Source: Candidatus Iainarchaeum sp. (GTDB taxonomy: Archaea > Iainarchaeota > Iainarchaeia > Iainarchaeales > Iainarchaeaceae). From it: a stretch of DNA of 52,421 nucleotides. The notes under the pieces were generated by a model, which saw only the letters and a list, made by a program, of their open reading frames with translations, had not been told where the DNA came from and ran no database searches. The DNA lies in NCBI GenBank assembly GCA_043812975.1, contig JBDRLP010000001.1:1-52421 (forward strand), in the 5' to 3' direction. Below, piece by piece: positions 35,064 through 43,055 of the stretch; positions within the stretch are counted from its first letter, which is position 1; each line of letters opens with the position of its first letter. The position numbers were made by a program, and so were the translations under genes.

Positions 35064-36425
35064 TTATTTTTTCATTACAAGAGTTACCCTGCCTGTTCCA
35101 ACCTTAATAGGCTGACCAACTATAATGTTTTCAACAACACCTTCAAGAGTTTCTATTTCTCCCTTGAATGCTGCGTCTAACAAGTGTTTTACTGTTTCCT
35201 CAAATGCTGCTCTTGCGAAAGGACTTGCTTTTCCTCTTGTGATTCCTGTTCTTACAATTCCTCTGATTTCTCCGTCAAAGCACATTGAATCAGCTAATAG
35301 CATTATATGTCTTATGTCAACTGCAATACTATTATCCTTCAGAACTCCAGATAATTCATTTACAATCGCCATTCTTCCTGCTTCAATTCCCAATACTTTG
35401 CTGATTTCTTTAATGTCATTAGTGGTTGTTTTTGAACCATTAATTTCCGGCAGTTTCACAATTGCTTTTAAGTTAGTGCCTCTGGTTTTAATGACTTTCT
35501 CGTTGTTCTCATCTATAAGAATAACTTTTTCAATTCCTCTGATTCCCTGAATCCTTGTTGATTTCAGTTTGTTCATGGTTCTTCTGATTTTTAAAAGTGC
35601 TTCATTTTTGAAAATAAAATCAAGCAAATACTTGTCTTTTCTTTTCCCCTCCATCTTTATGTGCTTATTGATTTTTGCAACAAGCTCATCAATATCAACA
35701 TTTCTTGATTCGATTGCTTCCTTATCAAGTTCAATTGTAACTTTTCCCTTGAATAAATCTTCATGAATTTTAATAACATCATCAATTCTTACATCAATTA
35801 ATGTTTTTGCAAAAGCATCAAGTTTTTTCTCATCTTTATTTAATTCTTCATCATCGATGTAAATTGTCATTATAGGATATTTAGCTTTTAATCTCCCGTC
35901 AACAATTTCTTCAACCCTCTGGATTCCTGATCCAACACTTACTTCTGCAGAACCCGCATAGTGTTTTGTTCTAAGTGTCAATTGTGTTCCTGGTTCCCCA
36001 AGACTTTGTGCAGTAATAATTCCTACTGCTTCTCCAGGTTCAACCATGCTTTTTTCATATCTTTCTTTAACTTGTGAAAATAGTTTTTCTTTTTCCTTGT
36101 CATTAATTTTTAATTCATTAGCGACTGTTTCAAAATCCATTAATACTTTTTTAGGAATTCCTTCTGTTTCAAAAAGATCTCCTTGTACAAATACTCTTTC
36201 AACTTCCACTACTTCTTTTTTGGTTGTTTTTTTTGGTTTCTTAACTGTTTTAGTGGTTTTTTTAGCTGTGGGTTTTGCCTTTTCACTCTTATCTTTGGTT
36301 GTGGTCTTTTTCATAGTTTTCTTAACCCCAGCACCCTTACGGGTACCTTCGGCGGGACTCCTTTTGGTCGCTGCTTTTTTTGTTTCTTTCTTTTCTTTTT
36401 TCTTGGTTTCTTTTTTTGCAACCAT
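35064..36425 (-). CDS. rpoA2: RNA polymerase subunit Rpo1C (A'') with Lys/Thr-rich N-terminal extension
   Basis: [38 protein letters not shown]. Confidence 0.97.
   Translation of the reverse strand: MVAKKETKKKEKKETKKAATKRSPAEGTRKGAGVKKTMKKTTTKDKSEKAKPTAKKTTKTVKKPKKTTKKEVVEVERVFVQGDLFETEGIPKKVLMDFETVANELKINDKEKEKLFSQVKERYEKSMVEPGEAVGIITAQSLGEPGTQLTLRTKHYAGSAEVSVGSGIQRVEEIVDGRLKAKYPIMTIYIDDEELNKDEKKLDAFAKTLIDVRIDDVIKIHEDLFKGKVTIELDKEAIESRNVDIDELVAKINKHIKMEGKRKDKYLLDFIFKNEALLKIRRTMNKLKSTRIQGIRGIEKVILIDENNEKVIKTRGTNLKAIVKLPEINGSKTTTNDIKEISKVLGIEAGRMAIVNELSGVLKDNSIAVDIRHIMLLADSMCFDGEIRGIVRTGITRGKASPFARAAFEETVKHLLDAAFKGEIETLEGVVENIIVGQPIKVGTGRVTLVMKK
36326..36372 (+). repeat. Palindromic element copy, in frame in Rpo1C ([16 protein letters not shown])
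   Basis: Near-identical to the copy at 21444. Confidence 0.92.
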
Positions 36426-36430
36426 AAAAA

Positions 36431-39043
36431 TCACTTACTCCTCATTTTTTCGAGTTCCCTCTGAACTGAAATGCTTCTTCCCTTGAATGTTTTCTCCGGG
36501 AATATTCCGTCTTCACCATACTTGTACTGTATAATGTTCTTGTTAGCCGTCCTTACAGTTGAATCATTGTTAACAACAAGATCTTTCAGACTGTTTGCAA
36601 GTCTTCTGTATAAGTAACCAGAAACTTTTGTGGATACTCCTGTGTCTACTTCTCCTTGTCTTCCGCCCATTGCGTGGTAAAAGAATTCAAAGCTTGTCAT
36701 TCCTTCCATAAAGTTGTGGTAAATAAATCCGCCTGCGTCAATTCCTACATCGTTCTTATGGTTTAAAGCAATTAATCTGTTGGCGAATCCTCTTTTTGGT
36801 CTTCCTTCTCTTACAGAAGCCTGTCCCCACATTCCTGAGAGGTTTACAAGGTTGATTATGTTTCCTCTGGAACCTGAAAGTATCATCACATTGCTATCGT
36901 ACTCTGGTTCATCTATCAGGACACTGTCAACAATTTCTTTTTTGATTTGTTTTTCAAGTTTCCCTTTTGCTTCAGAAGCAGTTCTCATCATGCTAACTTC
37001 GAAACTCTCTTTTAGTGTTCTTCCCGGGATAAGTTCTAATGTTCCTTTTTCGTATTTCTTCACGTGTTCTTTTGCAATTTCAGCCATTTCTTCAACAGCT
37101 TTTTCTCTGATTTTCAGAACCTTTTGAGTTGGCTTGTATTCTTCTAAACTATTTGTCATTCCAACTTCAGTTATTAAAGTTGCAACCATTTTTGAAAGTG
37201 AATCATAAAAGTTTGTGATTACTTCAGGAGGATAATCCCTTGCTAAAGCATCAACAAGTTTTCCTCTTCCTTCTCCAAGGCTCATTGAGTCAATTACTCC
37301 TGATTTCAAAATGCCGTTTTCAATCTTAACAATAAGATCGTTCTTGTAAAGGTCCTTCAGCAAAGGGTGATTCTTATCAAGATCAGTTATAATTCCCATG
37401 AACTTGCTTTTGTATTCCATGTTAAGGTTTTTTGGAAGTAACTGTGAGAAAATAAGTTTTCCTGAATACTTGTCCTTACCAACATCCGGTTTTGGAATAT
37501 CCTTTAAGCCCATAATCTGGAAAAATCTGAATGCCCTGTCTTTATTGAAAACGGTTTGTTTCATTGTTAAAATGAAACTTGCTGAAACACCATCCTCATC
37601 CAGGATAATTACTGGTCCACCGTGTCTTGGTGAAATAATTTGTTTTTGTACAATCATTAGTTCTATTGCTTCTGAAATTCCTTCAGGAGTCTGTGGAACG
37701 TGCATGTTCATTTCGTCTCCATCAAAGTCTGCGTTGTATGGTTTACAAACAATAGGGTTCATCCTGAAAGTCTTGTCATCCATTATTCTTGCCCTGTGTG
37801 CCATCATTGATAATCTGTGCAGTGAAGGCTGCCTGTTAAACAAAACAATATCTCCGTTTCTGAGTTTTCTGTCTAACCTGTAACCAACATCAAGTTCTTC
37901 ATTAATCAGATCTATGTTTGTTTCAGCAACTTTTCTTCTCATCCCATCAGGTCTTGAAACATAAATTGCTCTTCCATCTTTAATCATTTTTTTAGCTTCA
38001 ACAATGTTGTTTTTTGTTACAATTTCAGGAACTGTCATTGTTTCTGCAATTTCGCTTGGAACACCAAGTTCGTTAATTGAAAGCATTGGGTCAGGAGTAA
38101 TAATAGACCTAGCCGCAAAATTAACTCTTTTTCCTGTTAAATTATATCTGAATCTTCCTTTCTTTCCCTGTAACCTTTGAACAAGTGTTCTTAGTGCACG
38201 TCCTGATCTGTGCTTTGCCGGCGGAACTCCCGCAGTGTTGTTATTGAAATAAGTTGTAACATGGTATTGTAACAAATCCCAAAGATCCTCAATAATAAGC
38301 TGAGGCGCTCCCGCATCAATGTTATCTTTTAATCTTATATTGATTCTGATAATATCTACAAGTTTGTGTGTTAAATCATCTTCACTTTTGATTCCTGATT
38401 CAAGTGTAATGCTTGGTCTCAAGTTTATTGGCGGAACCTGCAGAACAGTCATGATGAACCATTCAGGTCTTAAATCATTAAAGCCGTAACCAAAGAATTC
38501 AACATCTTTATCAGGAATTTTTTCCATCCATTCTCTGATTTCAGTAGGGTATATTCTATCTTTTTCCAAGTAAAAGTTGGTTGGTTTATCAAGGGTCACC
38601 AAGCCTCTTTCAACATTACAATGAGGGCACTTTTTTACCTTCTTGGTTCTTGTCAGGATTTTTTTCCCAATATCCATTGAGTCATCATCTATAAATGGCC
38701 TTAATTGTTCAAGTTTTTCTTCAGGAATAACTATTCTTCCACAATTCTGGCAGCTTGCCTGCATTAATATTTCCAGTTTTTTTCCAAATTCACTGTGAAT
38801 AATTGGTCTTACAACTTCTATGTGTCCAAAGTGACCTGGGCATTTTTTCATTGTGTTTCCGCAGGTCTTACATCTCAAACCTGGGTTTATAACACCTAAA
38901 TGATTATCCATTAATCCGCCTTCCATTGGGAAGCCATCTTTGTCATAAGTTTCAGGGCTTTTGATGTCTATTGCTGACATTTTCCTGATCATTTCAGGGC
39001 TCATAATGCTAAATTCAATTGATTTGATTCTTTTTGTCATCAT
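36431..39043 (-). CDS. rpoA1: RNA polymerase subunit Rpo1N (A')
   Basis: [25 protein letters not shown] catalytic motif. Confidence 0.98.
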   Translation of the reverse strand: MMTKRIKSIEFSIMSPEMIRKMSAIDIKSPETYDKDGFPMEGGLMDNHLGVINPGLRCKTCGNTMKKCPGHFGHIEVVRPIIHSEFGKKLEILMQASCQNCGRIVIPEEKLEQLRPFIDDDSMDIGKKILTRTKKVKKCPHCNVERGLVTLDKPTNFYLEKDRIYPTEIREWMEKIPDKDVEFFGYGFNDLRPEWFIMTVLQVPPINLRPSITLESGIKSEDDLTHKLVDIIRINIRLKDNIDAGAPQLIIEDLWDLLQYHVTTYFNNNTAGVPPAKHRSGRALRTLVQRLQGKKGRFRYNLTGKRVNFAARSIITPDPMLSINELGVPSEIAETMTVPEIVTKNNIVEAKKMIKDGRAIYVSRPDGMRRKVAETNIDLINEELDVGYRLDRKLRNGDIVLFNRQPSLHRLSMMAHRARIMDDKTFRMNPIVCKPYNADFDGDEMNMHVPQTPEGISEAIELMIVQKQIISPRHGGPVIILDEDGVSASFILTMKQTVFNKDRAFRFFQIMGLKDIPKPDVGKDKYSGKLIFSQLLPKNLNMEYKSKFMGIITDLDKNHPLLKDLYKNDLIVKIENGILKSGVIDSMSLGEGRGKLVDALARDYPPEVITNFYDSLSKMVATLITEVGMTNSLEEYKPTQKVLKIREKAVEEMAEIAKEHVKKYEKGTLELIPGRTLKESFEVSMMRTASEAKGKLEKQIKKEIVDSVLIDEPEYDSNVMILSGSRGNIINLVNLSGMWGQASVREGRPKRGFANRLIALNHKNDVGIDAGGFIYHNFMEGMTSFEFFYHAMGGRQGEVDTGVSTKVSGYLYRRLANSLKDLVVNNDSTVRTANKNIIQYKYGEDGIFPEKTFKGRSISVQRELEKMRSK

Positions 39044-39129
39044 TACGCGGTCACCTCCGCGTGTGAGGTGTGCACTTCGCTTGGGCTCAGTAGCACTGGC
39101 TCACATCCGTTCGCAAAATCATTTTTCAT
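39043..39129 (-). CDS. Bridge mini-ORF, 28 aa (MKNDFANGCEPVLLSPSEVHTSHAEVTA)
   Basis: ATG 4 nt after the rpoB' stop, with GGTG SD; its TAA overlaps the rpoA' ATG. Confidence 0.5.
   Translation of the reverse strand: MKNDFANGCEPVLLSPSEVHTSHAEVTA
39044..39115 (+). repeat. Junction element with SD-containing hairpins between rpoB' and rpoA'
   Basis: CACCTCCG..GAGGTGTGCAC..GTAGCAC plus CTCACATCCGTTCGC module. Confidence 0.85.
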
Positions 39130-39133
39130 ACAA

Positions 39134-40957
39134 TCACACCTTGTCATCCAATATAAGTTTTGGGTATACTCCCAGTGCTTTTAATTCATCTAATAATAAT
39201 TTGAAACCGTAACTCATCTCAACAGGATAAATCTTAGAATCATTTACTTCAAGAACTCTTTTTGTTTTTCTTAACTGATCCTCAAATCCAATTACTCCTG
39301 CGGTTTCTGAAACCCACATTGTTACTTTGTCAGAATCATCAATGAACTTTTCCTGCAATAACATTGCAGCTCCATGTCCTACTAATGTTTCACCTTCCAT
39401 CTCTCCAAACCTTAATCCGCCTTCTTTTTCTTTTCCTTCAGTTGGTTGTCTGGTTAATATCTGTACCGGGCCTCTTGCTCTTCCCTGTATTTTGTGTGCA
39501 GTCATGTGGAATAGTCTCCTGTATGAAACCATTCCTGTAAAAATTTCTCCGTGCATTCTTTGTCCGGTTGTTCCGTCGTAGAAAACTTCTTTTCCGTTTT
39601 TCTTGAATCCTGAGGTCTCAAGCATTTTTTCAATTTCATCCTCATTAACTCCTCCAAATGGAGTTCCGTCTATTTGTTTTCCTTTTATTGCTGCTGCTTT
39701 TCCGGCAAGCATTTCTAGTAAGTGTCCAATAGTCATCCTTGATGGGATTGAGTGAGGGTTCAAAATTAAATCAGGTTTAATTCCGTCTGGAGTAAATGGC
39801 ATGTCTTCCTCAGGAACAATTAATCCAACAACCCCTTTCTGGCCGTGTCTTGAACTGAACTTATCTCCTAATGCAGGAATCCTTTCACTTCTGATTTTAA
39901 TTTTAACAAGTTTATTTCCTGAGTCAGCTTCTGTAACAAATATTTTTTCAACATGACCTGCTTTTCCTTTTCTGATTGTAATGCTTGCTTCTCTTCTTTT
40001 TTCCTGAACAACACCAAATTCGTTAATCTCTTCTAAGAATCTTGGTGGTGAGGTTTTTCCTATAATAACATCACTTTCGGTTACGTAAGATTCAAGCTGG
40101 ATTAAACCATCTTCTCCAAGTTTTTTGTAATAATCCTCTCCTAAGTGTCCTACGGTGTCCTCAGGGGGTATTTCAAACTTGTCAATCTGTCCACCAGGAT
40201 ATCTGTTTTCTGAACTTTCGTAAGTTCTGTAGTAACTGCTTCTTCCCAGACCTCTGTCGATAGCTCCTTTGTTTAGGATAACAGCATCCAGAATATTGAA
40301 TCCATAGTACGGCATTATCGCTACTACGAAATTCTGGATTTGTGGTCTTTCATTCAAACCAATCATATCCATTGTTTTTGTTTTTACAAGTGACTTTTGC
40401 GGGTAATGAAGTAAATATCCTTCTGTATCTGTTCTTAATTTGTAATTGGCTGCACCAAATCCCTGGGCTTGTTTAAACATTTTTGCACCGTGTAATGCTT
40501 TTCCAGCCATGTTGTGTTCCAAGTATGGAATCATTGAACTCACAATACTCAGAATTACAGCTCCGTCAATTTCCAAATGAGTGTGTTCTTTAGTTAACTG
40601 ATCTTCAGTTGCAGCAATTAGTGCGTTTTCTTCTTCCTCTGAATCAAGGTATTCTATGTAACCTTGTTCAACGACATCATTCCAAATAAGCTTCCTTTCA
40701 TGGACCTGTTTAACAATGTCCTCTGTGATTGTTGGTTTTCCGTTTTCAACAACAAGCAGTGGCCTTTGTACACGTCCGGCATCTGTGTTGATGTAAACTT
40801 CATTGGTGTCTTCGTGGAATGCAACATTAACCTGTTCTGAAATTTTTGATTCTCTTCTTCTTGCAATTATTTCTTTTGTAAGTTTTATAGGGTCAGGGTG
40901 GAATCCGATTAGTCTTCCGTTAATGTAAACTTTTGCTTTTTTTGCTTCGCTAACCAT
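39134..40957 (-). CDS. rpoB1: RNA polymerase subunit Rpo2C (B')
   Basis: GDKFSSRHGQKG, PSRMTIG, GGLRFGEME; start at ATG 40957. Confidence 0.97.
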   Translation of the reverse strand: MVSEAKKAKVYINGRLIGFHPDPIKLTKEIIARRRESKISEQVNVAFHEDTNEVYINTDAGRVQRPLLVVENGKPTITEDIVKQVHERKLIWNDVVEQGYIEYLDSEEEENALIAATEDQLTKEHTHLEIDGAVILSIVSSMIPYLEHNMAGKALHGAKMFKQAQGFGAANYKLRTDTEGYLLHYPQKSLVKTKTMDMIGLNERPQIQNFVVAIMPYYGFNILDAVILNKGAIDRGLGRSSYYRTYESSENRYPGGQIDKFEIPPEDTVGHLGEDYYKKLGEDGLIQLESYVTESDVIIGKTSPPRFLEEINEFGVVQEKRREASITIRKGKAGHVEKIFVTEADSGNKLVKIKIRSERIPALGDKFSSRHGQKGVVGLIVPEEDMPFTPDGIKPDLILNPHSIPSRMTIGHLLEMLAGKAAAIKGKQIDGTPFGGVNEDEIEKMLETSGFKKNGKEVFYDGTTGQRMHGEIFTGMVSYRRLFHMTAHKIQGRARGPVQILTRQPTEGKEKEGGLRFGEMEGETLVGHGAAMLLQEKFIDDSDKVTMWVSETAGVIGFEDQLRKTKRVLEVNDSKIYPVEMSYGFKLLLDELKALGVYPKLILDDKV

Positions 40958-41015
40958 ATGCGGAGACCTCCGCATTCAGAGGTGTGCACCTGCGGTAGCA
41001 CCTATTAAAATTCAT
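40950..41015 (-). CDS. Bridge mini-ORF, 21 aa (MNFNRCYRRCTPLNAEVSAYG)
   Basis: ATG overlaps the rpoB'' stop; TAG overlaps the rpoB' start (ATGGTTAG). Confidence 0.45.
   Translation of the reverse strand: MNFNRCYRRCTPLNAEVSAYG
40958..41000 (+). repeat. Junction element with SD-containing hairpins between rpoB'' and rpoB'
   Basis: ATGCGGAG-AC-CTCCGCAT and GAGGTGTGCACC..GTAGCAC. Confidence 0.85.
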
Positions 41016-42478
41016 TTAAGTTTCACTCCCATGTCGTTCAATAATTTTTCAACTGGGTCTTCTTCAGTTTCAGTTGTTACTTCTGCAAGCATTGCCAAAT
41101 TTTTTACCAAACCACATTGTGGTCCGTCAGGAGTTTCTACAGGGCATAGTCTTCCCCAGTGGGTTCCGTGAACGTCCCTTGCTTCATAAAGTTCTCTGTT
41201 TTTGTCAAGCGGGCTCTTAACTTTTCTCAGGTCAGTTAATGGAGATAAATAATTAACTCTGTCCATGAACTTTGAAACCCCAGTAGCCCTGCCAATCCAG
41301 TTTCCTGTACTCATAGCAAACCTGATTCTTTCTGATACTGCGCCCGGCCTTACAATAGTTGAAATGTTAAGTTTTCTTCTTCTTGTAACAGTTCTGTCAA
41401 TCTGGAATTTCAAATCTTTAATGAAATATTTGAACGAGTACCTGAATAAGTGTTCCATTAATTTTCCTGACAATTCCAGTCTTTTGTTAGCATAATGGTC
41501 CTTATCATCTTCTTCCCTTAAATCATAAGCTCTTTCAATTGCCTTAGTTGCCATCATAACCAAGTAATATGCTTTAGCAAGCCTGTCTTTTGAATCCTGT
41601 CCAATGTGCGGTAACAGGAAAGCATCTATTACTTCCTGTGCTCTTCTAAGCCTGTACTCTTCCACCTGCCCTGGTGCGACAAATTTCCCGATTTTGTCAA
41701 GAGCTTCTTTTTCAGATTTTACTAATAAATTTTCATTATTAATCAGAACATCATTTTGTACTTCCATTTCATCAACAAAAGCATCCTTAATTGACTGTGA
41801 TGTTTTGATTCCGAGTGCTTTCAGTAAAACAAATAGTTTTAATTTTCTTGGTGAAGCCGGGAAGGTAACATGCAGGAGTCCATCTGGGCTTCTTAAGATT
41901 CTTACTCTTCCTTTGAAAGCGCCTTTAGTTGAGATAACTTCTGCAACAATTTTATCTGTCTGTTCTGAAACAATAACTCTGTCAGAAGCTAAAACTTCCT
42001 GAGTCATCAAAGCTTTTTCAGAACCATTTACAATGAAGTAACCTCCAAAGTCCATTGGGTCTTCTTTTAATTCAATTAGTTCTTCTTTGGTTTTTCCGTT
42101 CAACCAGCAAAGATGACTTTTAAGCATTACGGGTAATTCGCCGATGTAAGTATCTTTCCGATCATGCTCAACATCTCTTCTCAGAAGTTTCATGGTTAAG
42201 TTAATAGGGCTTGAGTAGGTTCTGTTTCTCAGCCTTGCTTCTATTGGGTAGAATTCGTTTCTGGGTGAACCGTCAGCTTCAACAATTCTTGGTTTTAAAA
42301 TACTAATCTTGTCAAACTCAACTTTTACTTCCTCAATCTTAGGAACAACTTCTTTGTTTTCAGCAACAATTTCCGGAAGTTTCTTTTTAACAAACTGGTT
42401 GAAAGAATCAATTTCCATCTGGGCAATATTTCTGTCTCTGAAATAAGAATTGATTAGGGTCCAGCCGTTAATAGCCAT
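41012..42478 (-). CDS. rpoB2: RNA polymerase subunit Rpo2N (B'')
   Basis: IDSFNQFV, EARLRNRTYS, GYFIVNGSEK, HWGRLCPVETP; start at ATG 42478 with GAGGTG SD. Confidence 0.97.
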   Translation of the reverse strand: MAINGWTLINSYFRDRNIAQMEIDSFNQFVKKKLPEIVAENKEVVPKIEEVKVEFDKISILKPRIVEADGSPRNEFYPIEARLRNRTYSSPINLTMKLLRRDVEHDRKDTYIGELPVMLKSHLCWLNGKTKEELIELKEDPMDFGGYFIVNGSEKALMTQEVLASDRVIVSEQTDKIVAEVISTKGAFKGRVRILRSPDGLLHVTFPASPRKLKLFVLLKALGIKTSQSIKDAFVDEMEVQNDVLINNENLLVKSEKEALDKIGKFVAPGQVEEYRLRRAQEVIDAFLLPHIGQDSKDRLAKAYYLVMMATKAIERAYDLREEDDKDHYANKRLELSGKLMEHLFRYSFKYFIKDLKFQIDRTVTRRRKLNISTIVRPGAVSERIRFAMSTGNWIGRATGVSKFMDRVNYLSPLTDLRKVKSPLDKNRELYEARDVHGTHWGRLCPVETPDGPQCGLVKNLAMLAEVTTETEEDPVEKLLNDMGVKLK

Positions 42479-42600
42479 TAAACAACCACCTCGCCGTTTT
42501 CCCACTTCGTGGACTTCGCGACCGGCGGCACCGAAGCACACTGCTTCGCAGTGGGCGTGCTCGCTTCGCTCGCAAAATAATTGCCGATTATACAACCACC
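42477..42600 (+). repeat. Junction element (42492-42573) between rpoH and rpoB'', flanked by a 14-bp near-perfect duplication
   Basis: ATTA(A/T)ACAACCACC at 42477-42490 and 42587-42600. Hairpins CCAC-TTC-GTGG and CACTGC-TTC-GCAGTG; CTCGCTTCGCTCGC module. Confidence 0.88.
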
Positions 42601-42830
42601 CTGTAGTAAACGCTTATGCCTGCGGTTTGGCTTGATCTTGTTATTTTAATGAAGTCTCCTTTTTTACCGCCAATTTCTTCTACTGCGGGATCGTCTTTCA
42701 GAAGTTGCGGGAATTGGTCAGCAGTAGAACCGAATTTTTTAAGTATTTCTTCAACTTTTTCCTCAGGCACGATTTCGTGTTTAGGAACTAAAAAATGATT
42801 GCCAACTTTCTCCAAACCAGACTTTTCCAA
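42588..42830 (-). CDS. rpoH: RNA polymerase subunit Rpo5 (H); start uncertain (TTG 42830 or 42815)
   Basis: HFLVPKHEI, QFPQLLKDDP, KITRSSQTAGISVYYRVV. Confidence 0.94.
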   Translation of the reverse strand: MEKSGLEKVGNHFLVPKHEIVPEEKVEEILKKFGSTADQFPQLLKDDPAVEEIGGKKGDFIKITRSSQTAGISVYYRVVV

Positions 42831-43055
42831 ACCCAAATGAACCAAACTCCAAACTAATTCCTCTTCTAAGCGGGCAAAAACACGTGTATCGGGATAAAAC
42901 ACGCAAAAATCATGAAAATTTAAGCTGCCAAACACCTAGAAAAATCGATAAACCCAAAGATTACTACTAATCTATCATAGAAAGGAATTTAAAGCTTACA
43001 TTAAAAATGAGGAAATCGGGATAACTTTTAATAAAGTATGCTATATTTTTGATGC

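Noticed and set aside
6441-36372. In-frame elements as bulge-helix-bulge mRNA introns ligated by RtcB
   Set aside because: No consistent BHB motif is visible at the boundaries, and the frames are intact without splicing. Not excluded without RNA data.
39134-42478. Split rpoB as a frameshift or pseudogene
   Set aside because: A B''/B' split at this position is a known natural arrangement in several archaeal lineages, and both halves have proper starts.
42479-42595. 39-aa N-terminal extension of Rpo2N as called by the track
   Set aside because: It is the repeat element read in an open frame. ATG 42478 has a GAGGTG SD and gives the expected length. Kept only as an alternative in the findings.
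735-42798. Numerous plus-strand ORFs in the track (for example 2111-2485, 17286-17681, 25375-25725, 37398-37883)
   Set aside because: Antisense shadows of well-conserved minus-strand genes; Phe/Ser/Leu-rich, with no motifs.
42800-42860. TTGG-rich run upstream of rpoH as a G-quadruplex or repeat
   Set aside because: Only GG doublets, irregular spacing and a single locus; insufficient support.
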